From: Candidatus Undinarchaeota archaeon
GTDB lineage: Archaea; SpSt-1190; JASMDC01
Assembly: GCA_964519305.1 (NCBI GenBank)
Contig: CAZFHY010000008.1
Location: 83,195-147,194 of the forward strand
Direction: 5' to 3'
DNA length: 64,000 nt
Below the pieces are notes generated by a model. The model was not told the DNA's origin. It made no database searches and saw only the letters and a program-made list of their open reading frames with translations. Position 1 is the first letter of the stretch; every line of letters starts with the position of its first letter. This document shows, one piece after another, positions 9,803-19,168 of the stretch. A program made the position numbers and the translations under genes.

Positions 9803-10846
9803 ATGGCATTGAGATACAGGTTCGGAGTGCGGCTCGTGGTTGCAGTTCTACTCCTTTCGATCGCTCTGGGTGCCGCAGACTTCGTCGTGGCCAAGGGAGT
9901 CAACAATCTGAAGGGAACCCTAATGCGCTGTCCTTCTCAGCCAGGACAGGAACCCAAATGTGATGCCCATTCAAAGGAAGCATCAGCGTTCATCCCTGCT
10001 GACGGTTCGGTACCGATCGTTCTTTCCATGAACGTTCCCGAGACAGTGAATGTGGACGGGGTCAAGGTCTGGGCCACTGTCGAAGCGGACAGGACCAAGG
10101 GTGTGCTCGATAGCACCTCGATCAAGGTCTCGTTCTGTACCGATTATGAGGATCCCGTTACCTGCTGTGACATGGGTATCCTCAAGATACATTGCGACCA
10201 ACTCATCTACGATGATTGTGTCGTCCTGGATCAGGACTGGCACACGTACAACGTTACGGGCGGTGATTGTTCCCTCCAGCCTGGAGAGAACCAGATCGTG
10301 CTCGCAGTCGAAGAGAGCGTTCTCGCGATTCTTATTACTCGTGTGGAGGCCCACTACGGGCTCTCGGACGAGATGATCTCAGCGATGACACCCACGTGGT
10401 ATCCATCGCAGACCCAGTTCGCCCTCGTCATTGTCGTTATCGTGCTGGGTCTAGTCGTCGGTCTCGTCAAGATGGGTATAATCAAGGGTAAGAAGGTCGA
10501 TGCTTGTGCTGTATGCAGCGAAGAGAAGGAAGTACTCTTCGAGTGTCCGCAGTGCAAGCTGAAGGTGTGCTCGGAGTGCTTCATCAACGACGGTACCAAC
10601 TACTGCTGCAAGAACTGCATCGCGTACAGCGGCGAATACAAGTACACCTCCGGGCTCGATGAAGGAGCGGAGATGAAGGCCGCAACGAAGTCCGAGGACA
10701 GCTTCAAGAACCTCATCGCTGATGTTGAGGCCGGAGATGTCGGTGATAAAGGGGAAGGCGTAGGTCCGTCGGAACAAGACCGGAAACAGGTGCGCGAGCA
10801 AAGTTATGCTCCTCAACAGCAACAAGAGCAGGCCCCGCAGGGCTAG
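9803..10846 (+). CDS. Single-pass membrane protein with extracellular domain and cytoplasmic Cys8 zinc finger
   Basis: N-terminal signal-like segment, TM FALVIVVIVLGLVVGLV, then CAVC-x9-CPQC-x4-CSEC-x9-CKNC and an acidic/Gln tail. Confidence 0.75.
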   Translation: MALRYRFGVRLVVAVLLLSIALGAADFVVAKGVNNLKGTLMRCPSQPGQEPKCDAHSKEASAFIPADGSVPIVLSMNVPETVNVDGVKVWATVEADRTKGVLDSTSIKVSFCTDYEDPVTCCDMGILKIHCDQLIYDDCVVLDQDWHTYNVTGGDCSLQPGENQIVLAVEESVLAILITRVEAHYGLSDEMISAMTPTWYPSQTQFALVIVVIVLGLVVGLVKMGIIKGKKVDACAVCSEEKEVLFECPQCKLKVCSECFINDGTNYCCKNCIAYSGEYKYTSGLDEGAEMKAATKSEDSFKNLIADVEAGDVGDKGEGVGPSEQDRKQVREQSYAPQQQQEQAPQG

Positions 10847-10876
10847 AGCCTCACTGACCCTCGAACTGGACCTTCT

Positions 10877-11707
10877 TTACATCCCTCGTTTCTGGTACTT
10901 AACCTCGCCGGATAGGAATACCTTCTTGGTCCTTCCTACCGGTTCGCGACGGATAATGCTACGTCCCTCGAGCCCTGCGAGGATGCGGGTCAACTTGGGT
11001 GCGGAGAAGCCGGTCTCGCGCCTCAGCTCACGCTGGGTCATACCTTCGCTCCCGAGCAGTGTATCCAGCACCGTCTCCTCGTCCTTGGTGAGCATCGCAA
11101 GAAGATACGAGAAGTCCTCGCGTGTCGTACGCGGGGCCGTCTCCTTCTCACGCTGCTTCTCGATGGACCTGGAGAACACCAGGATGATGATGATGATCGC
11201 TGCGGCATATAGCGCGAGAAAGATATCGAACAGGGATGATAGCACCCGGCCCTGACGTCGCCGTAGCGGGATCACGATAGTGAGCGCGCCGTCATGGATA
11301 GCCCGTTTGAGCTCGACATTGCCTTCGAGAACAATAAGGTCCTGCGGAAGTGGTAGCGACGGTACCGAGCTGTTGTCGATGACCATCTCGTACGGCCCGA
11401 GGTCATAAGTGATCGAAAGGTCATGCAGTGTGCACGTCGGTTCGAACGTATCGACCAGGAGCGCATGCCCCTCCAGGGGGAAGATGTTGTCGACTGTGAA
11501 TCGAAGGTCATCGCCCTCGAAGGAATGCTCCTGTGCACGTTGCAGGATACCGAGGTGGGGCTCGAGCGTCCGTCCTCCTTTTAGCATACAACGGGAGGTC
11601 TCACCCTCTATCGAACAGGCGAGCTTGACGTCAGTGACCTCGCATGCTCCAGAGGCAAGAAGGAGGATCACGGTGGCCACAACCAACAGGATGCGCCCGT
11701 ACCCCAT
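10877..11707 (-). CDS. Membrane-anchored wHTH (MarR-like) transcriptional regulator
   Basis: Signal segment, TM, then LTKDEETVL...MTQRELRRETGFSAPKLTRILAGLEGRSIIRREPVGRTKKV, a typical archaeal membrane-associated HTH C-terminus. Confidence 0.85.
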   Translation of the reverse strand: MGYGRILLVVATVILLLASGACEVTDVKLACSIEGETSRCMLKGGRTLEPHLGILQRAQEHSFEGDDLRFTVDNIFPLEGHALLVDTFEPTCTLHDLSITYDLGPYEMVIDNSSVPSLPLPQDLIVLEGNVELKRAIHDGALTIVIPLRRRQGRVLSSLFDIFLALYAAAIIIIILVFSRSIEKQREKETAPRTTREDFSYLLAMLTKDEETVLDTLLGSEGMTQRELRRETGFSAPKLTRILAGLEGRSIIRREPVGRTKKVFLSGEVKYQKRGM

Positions 11708-11759
11708 GGTCGAGGGCATGCCGCGAATCAATATAAAGGTTGTTGGACCTGCCAAGGCC

Positions 11760-12257
11760 ATGCATGGGAAGTCGTCGGACGAGCGTGAGGACAAGATCCT
11801 CGAGATGCTGGTCGCTTTAGAGGACCGGCTCCGTTCGATCGAACGGCTCACGTTCTCGGTTTGCCTCGTCGTCGGGTTCTTCATGGTCACGATCTTGTTC
11901 CGCGTCAATATGGTCTCCTATAAGGCAGAGTACATCGTGCTCTCCGACGGTGCCGACAAGGCACGCGAGACCCTGGGCGAACTGGTCAGCTCCTATTACT
12001 GGTCATCACAGTTCTTCTTCCTCGCGGCAGTATGCTATCTCTTTGCGACCTATTACAGAGGGATGCGTGAACAGGAGAAGCTCGCCCGAATGCTCGAAGT
12101 TGTCTCGGGATCATGTTTCGCGATCGGCGGACTGACCTTTGTGTACGCGGGTTTCAGGCTCCAGTTCGTTCAGGAGTCGGTGACGGTGTTCATAGGTGTG
12201 CTGCTCCTTGCGTTCATCGGCTTCCAGGTCGCCTTGGTCAAGGCCAGGCACAGTTGA
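11760..12257 (+). CDS. Hypothetical 4-TM membrane protein
   Basis: Four hydrophobic segments. Shares a divergent TATA (ATATAAA, about 11731) with the wHTH gene. Confidence 0.65.
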   Translation: MHGKSSDEREDKILEMLVALEDRLRSIERLTFSVCLVVGFFMVTILFRVNMVSYKAEYIVLSDGADKARETLGELVSSYYWSSQFFFLAAVCYLFATYYRGMREQEKLARMLEVVSGSCFAIGGLTFVYAGFRLQFVQESVTVFIGVLLLAFIGFQVALVKARHS

Positions 12258-12258
12258 A

Positions 12259-12840
12259 TCACTGGGCCAGCGTGAGCGTCAGGAACTCCGTGCGCCGTGA
12301 ACCGCTCCCGGGCTCGAGCACTACGACTACCCGGGTGATGCTCACCTTCTCAAGACGGGGATTGGTGGTACGGTTCGTGTCCCCGATCTCGATAGTGAGG
12401 CCGCCGGCACCGCGGTTCGGTGCAAGTCGTATATGAACGTACGGTGCGAAGTCCTTGATCAGCTCCTCTGAGTCGGTGACATGCTCCGTGAAGAACGCAT
12501 TGACCTTGCGCTGGTCTAGCACTGAAGGTCTGACGAGGTTGCGGGCCGGGTCGATATAGGCAAGACCTGGCCGTCGGAGTGTCGAGACAGCACACGCCGG
12601 AGGCACGCACTCCCATACAGCACCGCTCAGGAGCTGACCTGGTTCCCGCACCAGGGCGTCGATGAGGTCGTTGGTGCTCTTCTCCAGATGGAACCGTGAC
12701 GCCCACTCTGAGCGTTCGTTGGCAAGACGGGTGCGGGCCGAGCGTATGAGCGATACGAGGAGCAGGATGATAATGATCGCCAGAAGACCGTCCATGGCGA
12801 ACACCTGCCCCCGTCGGGCGATAGCTAGCCGGCCCCGCAT
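12259..12840 (-). CDS. Type IV pilin-like protein (class III signal)
   Basis: RRGQVFAMDGLLAIIIILLLV N-terminus. Start overlaps the upstream stop (TGATG). Confidence 0.75.
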   Translation of the reverse strand: MRGRLAIARRGQVFAMDGLLAIIIILLLVSLIRSARTRLANERSEWASRFHLEKSTNDLIDALVREPGQLLSGAVWECVPPACAVSTLRRPGLAYIDPARNLVRPSVLDQRKVNAFFTEHVTDSEELIKDFAPYVHIRLAPNRGAGGLTIEIGDTNRTTNPRLEKVSITRVVVVLEPGSGSRRTEFLTLTLAQ

Positions 12841-13649
12841 CAAGGACACCTCCCGTCGTACGAACTTACGCAAAGGGTCTGGAACCTCGCCGTCGTGCAG
12901 GTCGCAGGTGACAGTGACATGTCCTGGAGGCTGCCTTTATTGCTCGACAGGATGATGTCCTGCCCACGCTTGTTCGTCACGGTGATGCGCAGCTCCTTGC
13001 CCTCCATCTCGAGGATGGACTTGATCTTGTTGAAGTCGTTGCGGAGGACATCGTCATCATCCGACGTGACATGGATCGTGAGCGTCGTCGCGGCCTTGCA
13101 GTGCAGTTCCTCGCATATGTAGATGGAGCGATAGAGCTCACCTTCGAGGAAGATATGAAGGAGTTCGTCCAGGAACTGTGTACAACCGCCCCCGTCGGGC
13201 GGATTCGGATTGGGCTGGAACCCCAGGCCGCACGTAACTTCCTTCATACGCTCGGCCATCTCGTTGGAAAGGTCGAACCTGATGAGCGCGTAATGTTGCT
13301 GGAAGTTGATAGTGCTGTTCGGTGATGGATGGACCCTGAGCACGGACCGTGTGATCTCCTCTTCACCGATCATCAGGATGAACTTCCCTGTCGTGACCGA
13401 CTCTATCGATACGGTCTCGTTAGGATTGCACGGGATGCGCATGCTCACGGTACCGTTATGGCCTGAGAGCCGGTCAATGGCCGTCTTGAGCTGTCGGCCA
13501 GTGACGGCAGCGCGCTCGTAGTCAGCATGTGCTGAGTACTGCCGGTGCTGCATGGACATGAATGAGCCCAGGGACCCCACAGCGATGATGTACACCGTGA
13601 CCATGAAGAGGAGCTCCTGGGTCGCGGATCCCCTGCGTGAGGCCCTCAT
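12840..13649 (-). CDS. Type IV pilin-like protein (class III signal)
   Basis: MRASRRGSATQELLFMVTVYIIAVG, with Glu near +5. ATGA overlap with the upstream gene. Confidence 0.7.
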   Translation of the reverse strand: MRASRRGSATQELLFMVTVYIIAVGSLGSFMSMQHRQYSAHADYERAAVTGRQLKTAIDRLSGHNGTVSMRIPCNPNETVSIESVTTGKFILMIGEEEITRSVLRVHPSPNSTINFQQHYALIRFDLSNEMAERMKEVTCGLGFQPNPNPPDGGGCTQFLDELLHIFLEGELYRSIYICEELHCKAATTLTIHVTSDDDDVLRNDFNKIKSILEMEGKELRITVTNKRGQDIILSSNKGSLQDMSLSPATCTTARFQTLCVSSYDGRCP

Positions 13650-14122
13650 CGCGAATCACCCACACGAACACGACCCTGTCGGTCGCTCCATACAAGAATG
13701 ATGTCGTTCTGATTGAACAGGGTGGTGTTGTCCGGCATCACGAGCGCCGGATTCATCAGGAGGGTCTTATCGATAAAAGCGCCCGATGGGAACCTGTCCT
13801 GGTCCTCGATAAGGAACCGGAGCACCGTCGTGTCCGGATCACCTGTATCCCGTTTAGTAATTCGGATACCGGCTACCGGCGCCCGCATGGGGACCGAGAG
13901 GACCGATGCATTACCGCCCATGGCCTTGGCCTCGAACACCCGGGCGGCGACCGTGTCGACGAAGGATTCGGTCGCGCGGATATCGAGGTTGGTGCGCGTA
14001 TTGCGCCAGTTGTAGGTGTTTAGGAACGCGGCGAACCCGAGGATGACCACACCTACCGAGAGGGCGAGCAGGAACTCGAGCGAGAACTGACCCCGGTCGA
14101 CCGGGGAGGGTTTCCTACGCAT
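13646..14122 (-). CDS. Type IV pilin-like protein (class III signal, GQxSLEF type)
   Basis: DRGQFSLEFLLALSVGVVILGF, a canonical archaeal prepilin motif. Start could be 14137. Confidence 0.8.
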   Translation of the reverse strand: MRRKPSPVDRGQFSLEFLLALSVGVVILGFAAFLNTYNWRNTRTNLDIRATESFVDTVAARVFEAKAMGGNASVLSVPMRAPVAGIRITKRDTGDPDTTVLRFLIEDQDRFPSGAFIDKTLLMNPALVMPDNTTLFNQNDIILVWSDRQGRVRVGDSR

Positions 14123-14231
14123 AATGTACCCACTCATCCTGTTAGAGCCTATGGTGGTGTGGCTTAAAAACCTATTGTACTGATCGTATTGGGCGCCCGT
14201 ACCACGGATGGAATGTCTATGGCGATGGTCG

Positions 14232-15803
14232 TTAATCGTCCTCTTCCTGCATGGCATGGAGCACGAACGGATTGTCATCCGTCGAGATCATGACATTCGG
14301 ATCGGAAAGAGCCGTCTCGACCGAACCGGGGAGGATGAAGAGACGTGCATGTGCACGCGATGTGTAATGGTCCGTCGTAACACCACGCGCTACCAATCTT
14401 GAACTGATGGCCTCTGTTGTCATGGTCGAAGGATCTGGACCGTCCGATGCCATGACGTAACCCCACATCCCGAAGGTCGGTACCCACGTCACCATGGGAC
14501 GGACCACTTTGAACGAGTCTGTCAGCGTTAGGGCGATCGATCCGTACGCATCGGGGTACCAATAGGGCGATGTAGCCTGGGTGGCGAACACGCCGCCCTC
14601 GTCCAGAACCGACCTGACCAGCTGATAGAACTCACGGGTGTAGAGAAGAGCCACCCCGCCGGTAGTTGGATCCGAGAGGTCGCATATGATCACGTCCCAC
14701 TTTCTTCCGGACTCGACCGCCGATTTGAGCACGAACCGCCCATCGTTGAACTCGAGTGTGACCCTTGGATCATCGAAAGCGCCCTGGTTCACCTCGGGAA
14801 GGAGATTGCGTGCGACGCTCACCACTCGCTCATCGAGCTCGACGAGGGTGACCTCCTCGGGACCGTGCTTGAGCACCTCCCTGAGGGCGCCCCCGTCCCC
14901 TCCGCCGATGATGAGGACACGTCGTGGCGATGGATGGGCCACCATGACCGGGTGTATGAGGTTCTCATGGTACATGGGCTCGTCCTCGACGGTCATCTGG
15001 AGCTGTCCGTTGAGGAAGAGGGACTTCCCGAATTCGGTATGATTGATGATATCGATGCGCTGGTAGACGGTCTGCTCTGTATAGATGACACGGTACTCAT
15101 AGATGCGATTGACGAGCTGGAGCTCGATGCTGGTTATGTCCACCGCCTGAAGGCCGACGATGAGAATGAGGGCGAGAGGGAGCGCGGCCATGACGGGGAC
15201 TTCACTTCGTGGTAGGGTCCGGCGTACGGACAGGACCGCACCCGAAAGCACATTGAGCATCGCGCCCAGTATCATCGTCTTGATCGCTCCGAGATATGGG
15301 ATGAGGAACAGTCCCGTGGCGGCGGCGCCGACTATACCTCCCAGAGTATCTGCTGAATAAGCATAGCCGACATATTCTCCCGTCCGCTCCTCCTCACCAC
15401 GCCGCCGGTCCTCCTGGGCGAGCAAGCGTCCCGCCACGGGCAGCTCACCGCCCATGAGAATGGTGGGCGGCATGAGGGCCACCATCGCGACGAACACCTC
15501 GACCGTCCAGTCGTGGATCTGCGGGAGCATCCGAGCAAGAGGGAGGAGGTAGAGAGCGCAGGCGGCGATCGCGAGCTCCATACGGATGAACAGGCCGGTA
15601 GGGTCCTCTACGCGCTCCGAGTAACCACCGAACGCTTTGCTACCGATGGCAAGTCCCGCCATGAAGGAGGAGAGGATGATGCCCGCGGCCGTCTCGGTGG
15701 CGCCCAGGACGATGGCCAGCTCCCGCAGGAGAACCACCTCATAGATCATCGCAGCAGCGCCGGTCGTGAAGAGGGCAATGAACACTGCACGTCGCACGCT
15801 CAT
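14232..15803 (-). CDS. speE: Polyamine aminopropyltransferase (spermidine synthase) with N-terminal membrane domain
   Basis: TM region followed by LFLNGQLQ, YHE, VLIIGGGDGG, VELD, DLSDP, LYTREFY. Confidence 0.92.
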   Translation of the reverse strand: MSVRRAVFIALFTTGAAAMIYEVVLLRELAIVLGATETAAGIILSSFMAGLAIGSKAFGGYSERVEDPTGLFIRMELAIAACALYLLPLARMLPQIHDWTVEVFVAMVALMPPTILMGGELPVAGRLLAQEDRRRGEEERTGEYVGYAYSADTLGGIVGAAATGLFLIPYLGAIKTMILGAMLNVLSGAVLSVRRTLPRSEVPVMAALPLALILIVGLQAVDITSIELQLVNRIYEYRVIYTEQTVYQRIDIINHTEFGKSLFLNGQLQMTVEDEPMYHENLIHPVMVAHPSPRRVLIIGGGDGGALREVLKHGPEEVTLVELDERVVSVARNLLPEVNQGAFDDPRVTLEFNDGRFVLKSAVESGRKWDVIICDLSDPTTGGVALLYTREFYQLVRSVLDEGGVFATQATSPYWYPDAYGSIALTLTDSFKVVRPMVTWVPTFGMWGYVMASDGPDPSTMTTEAISSRLVARGVTTDHYTSRAHARLFILPGSVETALSDPNVMISTDDNPFVLHAMQEEDD

Positions 15804-15898
15804 GCACGTCTCATCGTCCTCCGGCGATACCTTGGGGACGAGCTTCTCAGTGGGCTTATGCTCCTTGACCCGTTTTTTTCGGGCCGACCCTCCGACGC

Positions 15899-17770
15899 TC
15901 AGGACTTGACCCTCTTGATCGAGCCATTGAGCGCGAGCCCGTAGGCGGTGATGTAGTTCTCGATCTGTCTCCGCCAGTCGGACAGCTCGGCGATGTCCCG
16001 GCCATTGAGCTTGAGCTCTATGAGGTCGCCCTTGTCCATGAGAGCGACCTTCTCCATGAAGTCCGCTAGCTGGGTGACCACATCGGAGCGTTTCTTTCCT
16101 TCCATGCCAAGGACCTGGATACCATTATTCTTGCCCTTCGTGTTCTCAAGCACGAACTGGCCGAAACCGGCCTGGTCGGTCGTCACCGAGAGCGCCATCT
16201 GGGCTGCAGCTTCGGCAGGTGTGTACCCCCACGGCTCGTACCGGGACGGGAACACGCCCATGTCTCCTGCATTGAGGGCCTCGTAATAGGAGAGCCCGAG
16301 CACCTGGTCCGACTTGGTCAGGTAGGAGGGGTAATGGATCACACGGACCTTGTCCTTCTCACCGTTGTTGAGCCCTGCACGCTTGAGATGGTTAATGACC
16401 ATATCATGGTTCTCATCGTACATGAGGTTGAAGGCGCAATGGGGAGGCGAACCCTCTTTCTTGAACTGGCCCACGAGACCGGTGACATCAGCCACAAACC
16501 TGTCGGAGACCTTTGTGCCTTTCTTAATGGACTTCATGTCCTTGGACGTGATAGAGTCGATGAGCTCGAACCGGACGTTCTCCAGCTCCTCGTCCACCAG
16601 CTCCTCGAGACGGTCGAGCATGACCTTAGTGCGGAGCACCCAGTCCTTGATCCCGGCTATACCGGAAGGGACCCAGACGAAGGCATAGACCTCGTTGGTG
16701 TCCTTCTTCTTCTTCAGACGCTTGTTCAGCTCACCGAGCGCATCGATGAATATGTCGATACCCTTGTTGCTGAACTCGTACCGTCCGCAGGTATAGAAGA
16801 CAAGGCATCCGAGTAGGTTGATGTCGTAGTAGGGTGCGAAGTACGACCGGAGGAACCGCTTCACTTTCTTCCTGTTCTTGGCATGGCTCACCGAGAGCTT
16901 CTCGGCCGAACCGAACGTGGAGAAGTCAAGAGCGTTCGGTAGTACAGCGTCCACCTTCTTGCCAAGGATGAACTGGGCCTCTTTGGCGGTCGTCTTGCTG
17001 ACCGTCGTGAAGGCGTCGGCGTTCTTGGCACAGGCCACCTCCATCAGGTGTTTCCCCTCGCATTTGTAGTTGTACGCCTCATGGGGATCGACGACAGCGT
17101 TCTTCTTGGCCCCTTCGAACACCATGCGGAAGAGGTCCCTGCCGGAAGAAGCGATTGACCGGCCAAGGATGGTCGCGTGGGTCGTGAACACGAGGCCTAC
17201 TTTGGATTTCTGCTTGTGAAGATGAAGGAGAGCGCCGCCCGCGAGCCACTCATGGAACTGCGCGACGACCCGCTTTCCCTCGAGAAGCGGAGATTGAGTG
17301 AGCTCCTCGATGACCTCACCGCAGGCAGTTGACCACCCGATGGGTTCGTTGAAGTCGTGGCCCATCATCATTGAGTCGACACCATAGTCCTTCCAAAGGT
17401 CCCACTTGAGGACGTTGATGCGCTTCTCGACACCGTTATCCGACTGGATGTCGTTCATGATGTAGTCACCGGCGTCAACGAGGATGAGGCGCACATTGCT
17501 CCCCCTGACCCAGCGTCCCCAATGGCATATGATACCCCTGTCGGCAAGACGCTTGAGCGCAGGGACCACCTCTGGAGGTGGTTCCTCGGGCACGAGCTCG
17601 GTCCGCGCATCGTCGGGCCAGTAGAATCCGATGAGGTAGTAATTATCGCCCCAGTTGCGTCGCATCTGTTCGGACTTGGAAAGGAGTACCGTGTAGATAC
17701 CCCCTACCTTGTGGCCTCCTTCGAACGATACCTCGATAACAGCATCGATGGGTTGCTTGGCCTCCGTCAT
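15899..17770 (-). CDS. Glycogen synthase, GT3 family
   Basis: KVGGIYTVL, FHEWLAG, FTTHATILGRS, GRYEFSNKGIDIF, FPSRYEPWGYTPAE. Confidence 0.93.
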   Translation of the reverse strand: MTEAKQPIDAVIEVSFEGGHKVGGIYTVLLSKSEQMRRNWGDNYYLIGFYWPDDARTELVPEEPPPEVVPALKRLADRGIICHWGRWVRGSNVRLILVDAGDYIMNDIQSDNGVEKRINVLKWDLWKDYGVDSMMMGHDFNEPIGWSTACGEVIEELTQSPLLEGKRVVAQFHEWLAGGALLHLHKQKSKVGLVFTTHATILGRSIASSGRDLFRMVFEGAKKNAVVDPHEAYNYKCEGKHLMEVACAKNADAFTTVSKTTAKEAQFILGKKVDAVLPNALDFSTFGSAEKLSVSHAKNRKKVKRFLRSYFAPYYDINLLGCLVFYTCGRYEFSNKGIDIFIDALGELNKRLKKKKDTNEVYAFVWVPSGIAGIKDWVLRTKVMLDRLEELVDEELENVRFELIDSITSKDMKSIKKGTKVSDRFVADVTGLVGQFKKEGSPPHCAFNLMYDENHDMVINHLKRAGLNNGEKDKVRVIHYPSYLTKSDQVLGLSYYEALNAGDMGVFPSRYEPWGYTPAEAAAQMALSVTTDQAGFGQFVLENTKGKNNGIQVLGMEGKKRSDVVTQLADFMEKVALMDKGDLIELKLNGRDIAELSDWRRQIENYITAYGLALNGSIKRVKS

Positions 17771-17887
17771 GGGCGCGCGTGCATGCCTCACTATTAAAAA
17801 ACTAGGCTCGCGGCGCCAGTTCGCGGGATTGATAGAGCTTCTATTCCAACAGGGGCCCGGCAGTGCGATTCCGGTATCAGTGCGGTC

Positions 17888-19111
17888 TCAGCCGTTAATC
17901 TGTTCCTCGATCAGTCTGCGCGCAAGCTCCATCGCTTCGTCGAGTCGTTCGCAGTCCTTGCCCCCGCCGCTGGCGAACGTTGGCTTACCGCCACCTCCGC
18001 CCCCGAGGACCGAGCAGGCCTGGCGAAGGACAGGGGACACGTCGATGCCCGCATCGTCCGAGGACCCGAAAGCTAGGAACGGCTTCTCATCATCGCTGGC
18101 GAGGAGTGCGACCGTTCTCTCACCCGCGATAAGGCGGTTGACGGTCTTGATGACCTCCTCACGCTTGAGGGGAAGTACCTCGCAGAAAAGCTTCAGGCCT
18201 GACATGTCCACGGGCTCCATATGCTCGAGCTTGAACCGTGCAAGATGGCTGGACGCGCTCTTGTACCGCGACCATAGCGCTTCTTTCTCGGTGATGAGGT
18301 TCTCGATGGTAGGCTTCAGCCGCTCAAGATCAGCACTGAGCAGTTCACTAAGCTCACCGGCACAGCATGTAGCCTCGATGAGGTGTGACCGGGCACGCTC
18401 ACCGGTGAGGAAACTCAGTATGGTCTGCCCACCGGTACGGTTCCTGCCCGTGATGGAGATTGTACCGATCTCTCCCGTCGATCCCAGATGGGTCCCCGAG
18501 CACGCCGCCGCATCGAACCCGTCGACAACGACCACGCGGGCCACGTCACCCTTTATCCGGTCGACCTTGATCCGGGCATCGGGATGACGGCCCAGGACCT
18601 CCTCCTTGGGAACGAGGTCGGTATGGACAGCTATGTCGTTTATCACTGCCTTGTTCGCCTCTGCCAGAGCCTTTATCAGGACGGGCCAATCGAGAGCGTG
18701 TCCTTCAACAAAGAGCTTCCCACCATCCTCTTCGAGAGCGATCTTACTGACCGATGCTTCACCTTGGGTCACCTTGTCTATGGCCCTGAACAGCACGTGC
18801 TCGCCAGTATGCGCACGCATGAGAGCTCTTCTGCGCACTACGTCGATGTGGCCTGTGACCTCTGCGCCCTCGGGGGGCAGTGGTGTATCAGGACCTGTGA
18901 TGTGGACGATGTCGTCACCGGAGCCCTGGGTATCGACCACGGTGGTCTCACCATCGCTCCAGATCAACTTACCCGTGTCACCCGGTTGACCGCCACCCTG
19001 TGGGTGGAAGAGCGTCCTTTCGAGCACCACGCCCTCCTTTCGCAAGGAGACGACGTGCGCTGTGAAGCTGTCGCCTACCGGATCATCCTCGTAGAGCCTC
19101 TGGGTGGGCAT
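17888..19111 (-). CDS. alaX: Alanyl-tRNA editing protein AlaX with C-terminal DHHA1 domain
   Basis: TLFHPQGGGQPGDTG, HTGEH and CSGTH zinc motifs, GGGGGKPTFASGGG. Confidence 0.9.
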   Translation of the reverse strand: MPTQRLYEDDPVGDSFTAHVVSLRKEGVVLERTLFHPQGGGQPGDTGKLIWSDGETTVVDTQGSGDDIVHITGPDTPLPPEGAEVTGHIDVVRRRALMRAHTGEHVLFRAIDKVTQGEASVSKIALEEDGGKLFVEGHALDWPVLIKALAEANKAVINDIAVHTDLVPKEEVLGRHPDARIKVDRIKGDVARVVVVDGFDAAACSGTHLGSTGEIGTISITGRNRTGGQTILSFLTGERARSHLIEATCCAGELSELLSADLERLKPTIENLITEKEALWSRYKSASSHLARFKLEHMEPVDMSGLKLFCEVLPLKREEVIKTVNRLIAGERTVALLASDDEKPFLAFGSSDDAGIDVSPVLRQACSVLGGGGGGKPTFASGGGKDCERLDEAMELARRLIEEQING

Positions 19112-19168
19112 GAGTCGGCGCTTTAGCTGGAAGACATAAAAACCCATCCTCACAGTTGATGGGCCGGC

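Noticed and set aside
17709-18587. Long antisense or alternative-frame ORFs (also 29768-30640, 43110-44033, 55345-56460, 61063-63961 and others)
   Set aside because: Shadow ORFs of GC3-rich genes, with Ser/Arg-biased composition and no recognisable motifs.
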